Assembly (NCBI RefSeq): GCF_033153115.1
Contig: NW_026889760.1
Location: 3,534,001 to 3,598,000, forward strand
DNA length: 64,000 bases
Direction: 5' to 3'
Source of the DNA: Saccostrea echinata
Taxonomy: Eukaryota
Shown: positions 13,117-26,278 of the stretch, one piece after another
Position numbering within the stretch: position 1 is the stretch's first letter
Layout of the letters: every line of letters begins with the position of its first letter
Program-made: the position numbers and the translations under genes
The notes under the pieces: model-generated
Told to the model about the DNA's origin: nothing
What the model saw: only the letters and a program-made list of their open reading frames with translations
The model's database searches: none

Positions 13117-13289
13117 CATGAACCCGATTTACCCAGCTTTAGGTTAACTCTCCGTCTTTCAGACCCACGCTCCTTTTTACCTGGTTTGCGTATATCAATA
13201 AGACTTTTACTTTTTTTTAAATCAGCTTGTCTATCGATCACTGTGCGTTCTCACATTAGAGGATTTGTTAAGTGTAATAATTTTTTATC

Positions 13290-16200
13290 ATGGAAGTTTG
13301 TGAAAGACCCAGAACCACAGAGTAAGTAAAGAATTTATTTATTCATTCATTCTTTTTTTATTTTTAATAATAAAATTCTTGATTGATTTTTATTGAATTT
13401 TTTATTGATATAGGTTTAACAGAACATTCATTTTTTTCATTTTATTTTTTGCCGAACACCTTTGAAAATCTTTTATTCTTATCATTCATTATATACTAAA
13501 GTACATACATGCACTATACACAATACATTTGAATCTAAATTTATCGAGATACATTGCATTTTTTTTTATTTCGCTTTTAAACTAAAGAACTGTTTGAAAA
13601 GTATTCTCTATCCCGTACAATTTACCCAATAAACCATAATGTATGTACACAACACTGAATAGAAATTTTCACATAGGAACAGTTTCATTGTTGTCGAAAT
13701 TTAGACAAAGGCCTTGGCACCATGAAATATTGATAATGATGTTTCCGTAGTGCACTAATTATTGATTAAAGAATTGATTGGCATATTATACTAGACATCA
13801 GAGGTCGTCGATATGTCTTCACGGTCTTAGTATTGTTTGACTGAAGGACGGGCTGATGATAAAGAAATATTTCACCCACCGAGATCACGGGGCCATTGAA
13901 GAATTGATATTTCTCACCAAATGTACTTCTGTCAAATATAGGGGACTCGGAACATTTCAATAATTATACCTTTAGCTATACATTTTTGATTAATTTAATC
14001 ACAATTGGTCTTCTTTGGCTACTTTTTATGGAATATTTGTACCCTTAAGTACCATTTTGTTCAGAAAATTATATTGATATCACCTGTGGAGAATGGCCTT
14101 TCTTCAATAAGTAAAACCTATTATATTAATAAATTACGGCATTATACGATCTGATGCATTTTATTGAGCCATTTTAAACCCCTGTAAATCCCTCGTTTAC
14201 CACTTCTATCGAGAGAAACATTCATTTCAATAGCAATAATCAAACATGGAAATGTTAGTTAATGTATGGTTTGGTAATCGGTTCAAAGAAAAATTTCAAT
14301 GTGCATTAAGCTTAATAATCTAGACACAACGTTCATACAATTACCCCTTAAGGCTGCATAGATCTAGGGAAATAAAATGAATCTCTGGGAACGAATCCCT
14401 ATATATGCATTTGTAGGTATAACAGAACAGGTATAGCTCTTGCATAATTAATGAAAGGGGTAATACACATATGAATTTTCTAAGACCTAATACAATTTCA
14501 TTGAAAATATTATAATATATATCACTTTTTGGTAATTTTTTTTTATTTGTTTTTGAGGGTAACAAGCAAACACACATCTTGGATTCACGCCCAGAAGTAA
14601 CCTTCGGTAATCTGTGTATTTGACCTGAGAACCCCCCATTACTCCCGGCCTATTTAGATTCGCCATGCACCACATTCCTTGAAGTATAACATAATCTTAT
14701 CATAATCCACTGTTTAAATCATTTGATTGAATACATGATGAATGCCATGTCTCTACAGCTTTTCATTTCTATCGAAATATCTGAGGTGCCATTTAAAATA
14801 TTGACAGGTTCTCTGCCATAGATTGGATACGATCTCTGTGAAAAGCAGTTTATATGAACTTCTTATGCAACACATTAGTTTTGAAGAACTTGTTGTGTCT
14901 ACTGCATAGAGCAGTAAATAAATCATGTCAATAGTTTATCAAATTCCACCTGATTTTTTTAAATGGAATTATGCAGTTTAAAAATCTGATGATTCTGAAA
15001 CATTGATAAAAGGTATAATTCCAGGTTAAGAAGACTGGTTCTTGTTATCAATCACGTCTGGCCATCAGGTTAAATAAAATGTAAACCCCACGCACCCCTT
15101 CCTTTTCATATTATTTTATTTATAGTAAGACATTAAATCTAGGTCAATTTTGCACCTTTTTTCACAAAAATAATTTTATTCAGAAAGGTCTAAACACTTA
15201 TAACAATAAAAAATTGAACGTACATGTACAATTTAATTCTGACCTACTTTTTTTTTAATGTGGCGTTTCAATGAGGTCATTTTCGATGCTTTGTATGGTG
15301 TCTTTTACATGAGTTTTCCCCCACAATGCATATTAAATGTTCAAATATTTGAAACCCCACTTGTTATTTAATTAAGGTTGAATGTCTGACATTAAAAAAC
15401 ATAAAGACTTTTAAAAGCCCTTAACTTTTTTTCATTACATGTCACCGTCCGCAGATTCCCTGTAAAGAAGGCCTTTCTTTTTTCCTTTTTATTCCTCTTC
15501 TGGAACTAAACATGCCAAACAATTGAATATTTAGACAAAATCGTCAGTAAATACGCATATAAAACATAGATAAATAGATTGAAGTGGCGCCATGTTCTTA
15601 ATTATTTATATACCAGGAAAAGAGTACATACTACATTGTATTAGTTACAGAAAAGAGCCACAAAAAAGAGCTGAAATTCTCTTGTCTTGTCTTCAGACCT
15701 TTTTAGCCAATGAATTGAAAGTAATGATTAATATTTAATAAATACAGCACATGTTCTGTAGGCTTTAGGACATTCACAATGCAATAAATACATTTAATGC
15801 ATTTTTTACCATTTATGGTGTCATACTGAAAAACAATTCAAAGTCTGTATTTACTACATCATGTCCCATTTCTATTTTATGATTTGTATCTTCAGGTCCA
15901 TTTACGCGCCATCCCCAGATCTCGACCCAATTATAGAAAGAATGACCAGATCTCGCGAAGGCGAGAGGTACTAGTATCTACTTTTGCCTCAAGAATATGA
16001 ATTAAATATGTACACATATATGCGCACAAAATCAGTTCTATTCTCGGATTTTGGTTTAAATTTTCACTCGGTTTTTTTTTTATTATGGGTAAGGGGTGAT
16101 AATTTTTATGATTATCACGCGTAAGAGAGAGCTGAAATGATTTTGTCCATCTGAATCACGTGTCAACAAAATGTACTCACATTTTTGTAGCAACAAGTGC

Positions 16201-17025
16201 ATCTTCAAATTTTGCTTTGTAAGTTATCAAATGCATGAAGTTCTAAGCTAATTTATATATATTTATTTTATCAAGCTACTTTACATATATATTCTAAAAT
16301 GAAAAACAAAATAAGAAAGAAAAAAAGGATATCACAATCCACACCTTTTTAACACTTTATGCACATACATAAAAATGTTGTCACTATTTTTTACAACGCC
16401 AGTTTATCACTAAATCAATCCACTTGAAGTACCATGCACAATTTATAATAAAAAATAATTTGGCACAATTCACAGTTTTTTTTTAATTATTATTATTTAA
16501 ATTCATTGTGCACCTATGAAATTCTTATCCAACCTATTTCTTCACAATGGAACACTGTCATTTACCGACCGTTCAATCTGTTGTCAAATGCACATTGGAC
16601 TACCATCCAAGTCAACGTTTTGAACGATTTTCCATCATATGCTTTACGATGGATCATCGTGCACTATATATATATCTATTTCCGGATCTACCCTTCGTCA
16701 GAAGCCTGATGCGTCAGAATGCTTCTACTAAAAACATAAAGGTATGACACGAAACGTCTGCAGTTTTAGTGATAATTTGGTATTATTAGTATAGAAATGG
16801 GATTGAAATTAAAAATAGAACGGCTCTGTAATAAATGCACTTTGGTTGCAAAATATTTAAATGTTACCAAAATGTTCAAAAACTGAGAGTAGAGTTTTAC
16901 GATTTCACAAAACAAACGCTTCGTCGTGAATTTACGTCAGGATGGTTGGCCAAAGAATGTATTTAATTTTTATTTTCTGTTTATTTTGCTTCTAATCTAG
17001 GTATGTGATCTAGTTCTTGTTCAAT

Positions 17026-17073
<48 letters not shown>

Positions 17074-20000
17074 AAAAAAAAAAACCCCAATAATATTATG
17101 TCTTATTGATCTCTATGAATTCTGCAACCGTTTTCTTATTTTTAGTCATGACTTTTGCATTTATGTCTTGTTTATTCTCAAAAAAAAATATGGGAAACGT
17201 ATAATCAGATGTGAATAAATAAGAGAAAGTAACAGATGTGGAATATTTTGTGACAAGAAAAAACACGGTTTCATCAAAAAAGAAAATATGAGCCGACATA
17301 ATTTGGATGGATTTCCACTCAATTGCCATTCCACCATGTGTTGATAAATAATCACAATATTTCACCGAGAGTAGTTTATTTTTAATTTCGTTTCTTATAA
17401 ACTTTACCTTTGAATAGCCAGTTACATGCAACTAAGCCCTACCTGAAGATGGTATTGTATGTATATTTTACCCGGTTTTTTTTACAGGTAATGAATATAT
17501 CATGCTAATAAAAATCTAATGCATCATAATTTGATAACAGTTTCAAATCCATCATTGGTTAAAACACGAACGTGGCATCGTTTTTGAAAGTGGAGGGGGA
17601 AAGCAAATTTCAACTTACCTGAAAAAAAAACTTGAGAAGCAAAATTTAAAAAAAAAAAGGAAAATTGTCCAAACTCGCTCGAAAATGCTATTTCGGGGGG
17701 GGGGGGGGGGTCCAACTTCTTTCAGGACCAAATCAGTACCAAATTTTATTCATACACTACTATACATTAGTTACCCTTATTTGGCTATATACTGCAAAAA
17801 AAAAAGGGGGGGGGGGGGAACCGGCCTTTCAATGGACATTTCCAATAGTAAAAAGTTATATGTGAAAAAAATGCGGAGGCTGCGCCCCCCCCCCCCCGAT
17901 GCTACGTGCCTATAAAATATATCCGATACATAAAATGGTTAAACAATGTAAAGTTCTTGAAATGTATAACACATTTTCTATATACACGCATGCGTGTTAG
18001 CTCCTGATCTGAATGTCCTTTCTCTATATAAGAATTACCAACACGCAGCTCCTGCAAGTGCTTTTAATGTCATTCTTTGATTAAAAAAGAAAAAAAAGTT
18101 TTGATGAAAAATAAAATTGGAAGAACCTTTTGAATTCTTTGGATAACCATTGATATTTTATTTGAATTTACATCAAATCTGACTTTTTCGTTTGATAAAA
18201 GCCAAAATCAATCAGTGAACATGAATCTAAGAATTTTTAATTATTGTCTTCGGATGTATCATTCTTTCAATGAAATCAAACACATGGTTATTAAGAGCGA
18301 GAAAAAATATAACAATTTAAATCCATCGACAGAGTTGACAAGATCTGAGGACACGAGATAATAGACACCGAACCCGATAAGAATTGTTCTTGCTTGAATG
18401 CATTCGGGGTAATGAATAGGCGCTGCTTTGTTTTGCTCGTCTGCAGACTGGTATTGATTGTCGTCATATGAATATCAATGATTCAATGTATGTTCATATA
18501 TTTAATACCTAAACGTAAAAAGAAACAATATATACATATATTTACATACGACCGACCACAAGAGGCCCAACGCGGTTTAATGATTTAAAAAATTAAGAAT
18601 TCAGATACAGAAATTTAAAAATGGACTTTTTTAAAGAAAGACTTTATTAACGCTGAATTTATGTTTTAATATATTTATTGATACTTGATATTTCATATCC
18701 CCAAAAATATAAATAAATAGAGTTAAGCACAGATTGCTATAATATATGCGACTCGATAAAATGAAAATTATTCATAAAATAATACTGTTTATTATCTGCA
18801 ACGTATACATGTACTTGAAGAATGATTCCAAGTTTGATAAAACTCCGGTATCCCTGTTTAGCAACCTTATAAACTCTGCATCATTTCCGTTGCTTGTGCA
18901 CATTCTGAGGTGCATGTCACTGTGTGCAATACACGAACTCTGATATTTACCTGAAATAGTTTAATTAATCTAATAAAAATGTGGGGCAATGGATTAACCA
19001 CACTTTAAAATAAAATAACCCGCAGAGACCGTCATTAGATTTAAAAGCATTTTAACTCGAACCCACACGGCCCCCGTGATAAGTTGTCTTTATTAACAAA
19101 TGGTGGGTCTCCCCCATGCATTGAAAATCTAGTTCCGTTTCCGTTGCATTATCCAGCATAGTTACAAATGAGTACAACAAACTGATTAGCTGTTCTGTTT
19201 CATAAAATACCAGATTATTAACATTTTGGATTTATTGATCTTGTATAAAATGAATGAAACTGGACTAACAGATGAGCAAATGAAACGGTAAGGCTATTAT
19301 CATGATATTAATAGTTCATTTCAGATCCTGTGTAGTGAGTTTGTTTTATTGACCCTTAAATATTATCAAGATCCAAGTCGATTCAGATGGTCTTATTATT
19401 CCATGTCGTCAAAAAGCAACCACTAATGCAATTAATTAATGCATCGATGGTAAGTAAAGAAGAAAATAGTATATGAGTCGATAAGTTATGACAATATAAT
19501 ATCATATAATTATAAACTAGAAAGGTTCTATTATGACGTCACAAAGAAAACCGTAATTGTGACGTCATACAGAGCCATTGATGGAACTCGTATAGAGATG
19601 GGGTTGTATGAAATAAATTTGCTGGAAAATGATTTTCCAGCCATGCATACTGATAAAGATAAGTAAGTGACAGATTTTTTTTTTTACCTTTTCTCATGGA
19701 TGTTTTTGTAAAAGGGGTGACAGGATGCAAACAAACTCCATGGTTTGAAAGTGTCCTTTTTTCAGCGTGTGACGCTGAAAATGGTAGGATTTCAAAATGT
19801 TTGTTTTGTTTAAAGTTATTATTATTAATGAAAAAGTAACTGTCTTTAAGTAGGAATATTAATATCTGAAGGAGGGGAGGAAGTGAACAAGTTGGCATTG
19901 AATTATATATTTAAAGCATTACTTCTTACATTTTTACTTATCCTATTGCAATCATTGCTCTTTGAAATTTTTAAAAATGCTGCTATATAGATTGAAGCAG

Positions 20001-21225
20001 AATCTAACTTTACTATAAAAAGTATTACGATTAAGTCTGACGTGTAGGATTAGGGTAAGAAGTATACTTCATGATTATTATTTGATGATAAAATTTCTCT
20101 GTGTCAAAAAACATACCAGTTTATTAATAGTGTGCTTTAGTCTTTCGTGAGTAAGGCTTTATATCAATACATATACTTTGCTTATATAGATTATAGAAAA
20201 CCTTTTTTTAAAATTTATTTATTGATTGAAATGTAACTATGCGATTATTCGTACTTGTATCGAAAATTAATTGACGCGCACATTTAGCACGCATTCTGCT
20301 ATAATGTATTATCTTTTTTTTATTTCTTTCAGAATGACCTTTTGGTCGAGATACGATCCAATCAGACAGGTGAAAGGGAACTGTTCTGACCACTGGGCCA
20401 AATACAGACAACAGGTAAATAAATAGTGGTCAAAGAATTACTTATATATACAATAAAAACAAACTAGTGGTCAAAGTTTTACTTATAGGTACAATGAAAA
20501 ACAAAAACTAGTGGTCGAAGTTTTACTAATAGGTACAATGAAAAACAAAAACTAGTGGTCAAAGTTTTATTAACAGGTACAAGAAAAAAAAATAGTGCTC
20601 AATTTTACTTATTTTTCATGCTGCGGAAAATCACAATGAGAAATATCTTGCAAATACGTATGTATAAAATCAACAATTTTTTTTTCTCAACGAATACATT
20701 TTTCAAATACAGTAGAAATCAGAAAAGAATAAAGATGTGTCTATATATGTAGGACTTTAAACTGGGAAAAAAACTAAATATTTTTGTGGTTAGAATTCTT
20801 ATCATCAATTTAGCATTTAGTTAATAACATATGTTAGTTATATCTAAATGGCATTTGAATCCCTTTTCACGAAGTTAAAACCTATAATATTATCTATGTG
20901 AAGCTATGCAATTGGAAGCATTGTTGTCATATTTTCAAACAAGCCATTTTAATTTGAATATATTGTAATGCAGGATGTGCCAATGGTCCCCTTAATGTTT
21001 ACCAAGATCTTTACAAATTCCCAATATTGGGCAGATTTAACCTACCATTCAAAGCAGGTGGTGTTTTTACGATTGAATTATCGCCATTTTCTCCATAGAA
21101 TTCTCTATCTGGGACTAATTTTCTAAAGAATAACTGTCAACACTTTCAAAAGATATGCCTTTTATTTGCTTTTATTCCCGCAGGCCACGTCCAAGAGGTT
21201 TATTTGTACCCAGAGAAAAAAGTAA
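13290..21225 (+). CDS. Uncharacterised protein, 5' exons (probably the same gene as 24912-26278; middle junction unresolved)
   Basis: Phase-compatible exons 13290-13321, 15896-15967, 20333-20414 and 20974-21057 give MEVCERPRTTESIYAPSPDLDPIIERMTRSREGERMTFWSRYDPIRQVKGNCSDHWAKYRQQDVPMVPLMFTKIFTNSQYWADLTYHSKQ. A further exon starts at 21184 with uncertain frame. An alternative first exon 19250-19287 (MNETGLTDEQMKR) has the same phase. Confidence 0.6.
17566..17911. mobile_element. MITE with G/C-run interior
   Basis: Ends acgtggcatcg and cgatgctacgtgcct are inverted repeats of the same family as the end at 3498. Confidence 0.6.
20424..20600. repeat. About 44-bp minisatellite, 4-5 copies, directly after a splice donor
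   Basis: Unit tagtggtcaaagttttacttataggtacaatgaaaaacaaaaac. Confidence 0.85.
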
Positions 21226-22733
21226 AAGGTCCTTTTAAATTGTTGAAAATTTGTACAATAAAAGTGCAATTAGATTTAAAGAGGTTATGCTATCGAGAAA
21301 AGGCTGACAATTAAAAGACAAATGCATTTGTTATCGGCCAGCACCGCGCAGACGACATCGTCAAATATTTACCAATGGATCTCATAATCTTCTGCTATTC
21401 TCTAAATCACAATATGGCTGTCGAGCATACTTCTGAATAAGATTTCTTTCAAATGCCCGATTTTAAAACTTCGAGTTATAATGAGATAGTGAGAGAAAGT
21501 AGCTGAGTAACTCAAATTTGGAACATTCATATACATGGAGTAGTCCAAAATCGAATTAATTGCATGTTTGAACAACCTACGAGAAATGTTAATGTATAAA
21601 CAGTCACTGCATGTAATGTACTTCTTATTGGCTAGAGAATAGTACATTTTTATCCTCCCCCGACCCCAAGGTAGTGAGGCATATCTGTTAAAATTTATAG
21701 AGCAGCGGTTTACGACCAATATTTTTTGTTACCATGGTTATTTTTTCCATAACTTGGTTGTTACCGGTATGTACAGATGACTCCTAATAAGTATGTTCTG
21801 TTGATTTTCTTAACAAAAGGTCATGGTCACCTGGTTTTATGTCGTACTGCGAAGGTTAAAGGTTAATTCTTTATCCAGGTCAAATGTTAAACCAATTTTT
21901 TTTAAATATACACATGTTGGTCATGAAAAAATGCACGCTCTTTACTGATATAATTTTCAGTTCGAAGGACAAAGGTCAGCAGGTTTCTTGCTACGACCGC
22001 GTCAAGTATTGTCTAATCCATCATCTTGCAATTCCTTTGCTTTGTAGTCTTCAAATTTCGCTGAGAGAGATGACAGTAGCTTGATACAACTGTAGTTCTT
22101 TTAAGGATAGGGAGACAAACTACTACACTTTACATATAAGTGGTTCAAAAAAATTCTTGCTTGAAAAAAAATACATGGTCATTATAATGCATAGTCAGCA
22201 TACACTTTGAATATTAAGATTTGACTTTAGAGTTTTTTTGTGGTTATGATAAGCACTAATTTCGTCTTTCTGTGAGTATTTAGGTGAAATTTGAATATTC
22301 GGCTGCTATGCATAAATTTATTCGCTGAAAGAAACTAATAGGTGTTGAAGTATAAACGATCGTTCAAAGATCATGGTGAAATATTTGTTCCATTATAGGT
22401 CTGACCTAGTTAACAGAGTTTAATCTCTTAAGCTATCATTAGGGATCAGTCACATTTGTTTCTTTACAACAAGATTAAAAATTGAGATTATAAAGATTTA
22501 AATTTCTTACAAACAATTGTTCACCTTTTCGACTCCGGTTACCGCATTGTGGGGGACTAGCAATACACATTCCCAGTGTTGTAACACAATCTCTATAGAC
22601 TGGAATTGTCATCTGTTTTCTGTAGAGACAACATTCTTATAATAAACACAGCGAATAGATACAGCATAATTTATTACATATGTTCTTTTAATCGCATCTT
22701 TTTTTTTTCTCTCTTAACAAAGCACATATCTGC

Positions 22734-22860
22734 CATAGGCGCTCCCCAGCTTAATTGTTAAAAAATATATATCTACTATACTATAAACATAACATAACAT
22801 AACATGTTTATAGTATAGTAGATATATATTTTTTAACAATTAAGCTGGGGAGCGCCTATG
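22734..22860. mobile_element. 127-bp perfect palindrome (hairpin MITE)
   Basis: Arms 22734-22790 and 22804-22860 (57 bp each) are exact reverse complements, with a 13-nt loop AACATAACATAAC; ends are CATAGG...CCTATG. Confidence 0.85.
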
Positions 22861-23119
22861 ATATCGAGATATATATGGTATAGTGAAATGAAATTCTTTC
22901 AAGCGTATGCTTAGCGTCCATAGACCGTATTGAATATTTCAATTGACTATTTTGTATATATTCTTATGTAGCATACCATTAAATTCGATTCTGATGCAAA
23001 AACTGACAATAAGCAAAACGACACAAAACTACTTAAACTAGTGATTGTTAAGTATTCAAAATAAACCATGAAATGATGGACCTTGACTTTTAATTGGTAC
23101 AAAAAGATTATCACACGAG

Positions 23120-23474
23120 CAGGCGCGGATCCAGGATTTTTGGGGTAAAATAAATTTCCAACAAAAAAATTCTTGACAAGCACAAAAAAAAGAAACCTAA
23201 TTTCCTTTCCCTATCCAGAAAATTTCTTGACAAGCAAAAAAAAAAACAAAACAAAACAAAACAAAACACAAGCACACAAGCAAAAAAACCCGTAAAATCC
23301 ATTTCCAAAACGTGAAAAACACCTATTTCATTGTGGTGATGGTGGGGTCCACGTTTTCTGGGGGGGGGGGGGAGTCCAAAGTCATTTTTTTATTGGCTTC
23401 AGTATATACTTTGGTAACTCTGCAAATTCCAGGGGGTGTCCCCCCCCGACCCCCTCCCTCTAGATCCGCGCATG
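23120..23474. mobile_element. MITE with CAGGCGCGGATC / GATCCGCGCATG termini
   Basis: Terminal inverted repeats, with the direct repeat ACGAG on both sides (23115-23119 and 23475-23479). Confidence 0.8.
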
Positions 23475-24111
23475 ACGAGTTGTTCTGATTCCCTGTCATT
23501 CTTGCAAGCAGATGCTTCTTTTGGCCTTGTTCTTACTTTTTTTTTAATTGTTCTTGGTGATTTCTTTCTTTTTATTTAATTTTTGCTTTTTTTCCCCTTT
23601 GAATTCTTTGGTTGTTTCGAAATTCTGCTCCGTTTCCTTCAATCGTTAAAAAGGGGGCTGCCATAAATGTGAAAAAAATTATTTTTTGGAAGGAAGCATT
23701 GATACGTGTTTAGTGAATTGCATTGATAATTTGTTGTCTTGTATTATTAACATCTTATTCCTTTTTTTCAGACAGGTAATGTATACCATTTTTAGCAGGT
23801 TGCACGTGAGTATGCAAGTAATATAAATGCACTTCATAATATCAGCAAAATAAACTACAGAAAGGCACAATTTCACACAACAAGGCAGTAAACGTTATCA
23901 TATATATTCAGTTCATGACGTCTCGAAATGATGTCATCAACACAGTATACTCACTCTCTCGTTTATACTTGTAATTTAACATGTTATGGAGTACCCTTGT
24001 AGAGTCTTTTATGTTGTCCATTACTGGTGAAGGGAGTTGTCCATAGAAGCTTTATTTTGAAATTGTTCAGCAGTGTAAGATTAGTGTAACCTGATATTTA
24101 ATCAAGAGATA

Positions 24112-24399
24112 CACGTAGCATGAATTGATGCGCACAAATTCTTTGAATTTCAGTCAGTACACTTTACATCCCCTAAAATTTAATTATTTACAACCAACAA
24201 AGAAATTACACAAAAATTCAAATTTGTTGAGTCCAGTATATTTGTTGATAAATTTTACTTATTAGTGCAAAATATAAATTTGTGCAAAGTACAAATCACA
24301 TCTGCATAATATGTTCCAATGTAAAATTTTAAATTAAAAGACAGAAATTGTTTTATGCATAGAATTACTTTGTTTCAACGTCAATTCATGCTACCTCTG
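24112..24399. mobile_element. Small MITE
   Basis: Inverted pair GTAGCATGAATTGA (24115) / TCAATTCATGCTAC (24381). Confidence 0.6.
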
Positions 24400-24911
24400 G
24401 GAGCTAGCTAGATATAATCCATAAAATATTGAAAAACGATCCTGGCTCCTTAGATATATCCGGATCCTAACCTACTAACTGGTTGGACTAATTCACGGGT
24501 GTACATTTAAGATAACTTTAATTGTGTAACCAGGGAAGGTGATGGGTACAAATGCGCTACTTGATGGACCATGTTCTGATTTTGCTGTTCTGCTCTAAAA
24601 CCATAGTCCGGATTTTGATGTAAGTTTTTAAAGAAAAAAATCTAAATTTTCATTTTTTATGTGATATGTGAAGTAAATTCTGATATTGGAAACTTTATCG
24701 TAGAATCATAAATTATATTCTCGAAAATATGTTATTGATATTTTTTTGATTCGGAAAATAATTACCAATGGCTTTGTTTTGAACTTTAAATTTGAGTTTG
24801 AACCTAAGAGTGTGCATAGAGCTAGTGTGTGTTCTTTCCTCATCAATTTCAAACTAAAAGCTAAAGGTCAACAGGACAGTAAAATAACATGGGACATCTA
24901 ATGTTTTACAG

Positions 24912-25897
24912 CGCAACGCGCTCAACAAAGGGCCAGGGTTGTTAGTTACGAACAGGGTAGAAACATTCCTTATAAAGAGAAAACTTTTGATGAATTGGTT
25001 GTAGATGGTCTTCGAGGCTCAATGCCCGGTGCGTATTCCAGTAGCCGACCCAAGAACACTTATAACAAAGCCTTTTACAGGAATGTGTTCTCAGATCGAG
25101 CAAAAGACGGCTTCCGGTATTGGCTGATAGAACGTCCTAAACCAACAAGTTGTAAGTATACAGACCGGAAGCGTGTGATTTGTTAACCGGAAGTTTGCTT
25201 TATGTTAACCGGAAGATAATTGGTTAGACAGGATTGGTAGTACTAATAAACGTGAAATTGGTGAATGCTGGTATTTTGTTGATAGGATATTAATCAGGTT
25301 CAAGTCACCAGTACATAAATTAATAGAATTTTGCCATTTGTGTAGTATTTATTTGTTGCTACTTCGTAAAGTTGCAGAGGAATAACTTTATGTATTAAAT
25401 TTGTCATATAACAATTACATGTATATAATCAGGACTATATATAAGTTTGTGAATCGGGAGCTTTTAACAGTATACATGATTGAATTGGGTCAACCTTTAA
25501 TGGGACACTGAGAAACGTCTTGCAGAGATACATGTACATATAAGAAGGATTTCTTCATAATATTTTCAGATGCTCAATTCCATATACATTTTAGAGCTTT
25601 GTCTCCCCTTAAAGAGACCCTTTTCATTTTTTGCCTATTTGAGAACATTTTCTGAAAGCAGAATCGAAAATGATGAAAATGATTTATATATTTTGTTACC
25701 TTTTCTACGTTTTACATTTATACAAACTGAATATGTTGATTAGATCAGTACTTCTAAGAATGATGAAAGTGTTCTCAGGCATGCTTTTATATTTAACAGC
25801 CGCTGCTTCATTAATCTGCTGTTTTCTTGTAGTCGGAAAATACGGAATGGGTTCTTATAAAACAGTTCTAGGGATTGGAAACGCCCCAAGGACGTGA
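24912..25897 (+). CDS. Uncharacterised protein, 3' exons, isoform with last exon A
   Basis: Exon 24912-25151 (phase 1-1) encodes QRAQQRARVVSYEQGRNIPYKEKTFDELVVDGLRGSMPGAYSSSRPKNTYNKAFYRNVFSDRAKDGFRYWLIERPKPTS with donor GTAAGT. Exon 25833-25897 encodes FGKYGMGSYKTVLGIGNAPRT*. Confidence 0.8.
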
Positions 25898-26213
25898 TGT
25901 GAGTCACGTGACTACGTCATTCAGACGTGTTTGATTGGTGTTCTTCATCAGAATATATCATTAAATATTTTTAACTTCATTTGCATTCAATATTTGGAGA
26001 TTCTAGCAATAATTGATAATTAAGATACGGTAAATGCTTCAGAATGGATCTTTTTAATATGGTGTTTTGTACTTATTTCAAGTTTTCCAAGAATTAACGC
26101 TGAATTATATATCAGTTAACAGTTCCAACAAATGATTAAATTTCCTTTCCCTTTATCGTTTATACTTTAACCCTTTTCTCCATTGTTTTAAGGATCTATT
26201 ATTTATTTTTCAG

Positions 26214-26278
26214 TTGGAAGATACAGTCTTGGTGCCGCTCATTCGGTTTTAGGATTATGTAATGCTCCACGAACTTAA
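26214..26278 (+). CDS. Duplicated alternative last exon B of the same gene
   Basis: TTTTTCAG acceptor, same 65-nt length and phase as exon A; encodes FGRYSLGAAHSVLGLCNAPRT*. Confidence 0.75.

Noticed and set aside
20333-20414. In-frame TGA in an alternative reading (ELF*PLGQ) as possible selenocysteine
   Set aside because: The other frame is open and phase-compatible with two upstream exons; no SECIS or selenoprotein motif was recognised.
24534-24619. Exon-like block with AG and GTAAGT ends
   Set aside because: Stops in all three frames from the acceptor and no compatible link to exon 24912; at most a non-coding or poison exon.
25160-25240. Three ACCGGAAG (ETS-like) motifs plus ATTGG at an intron start
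   Set aside because: Could be an internal promoter, but is equally explained by a short local duplication; no downstream first exon was identified.
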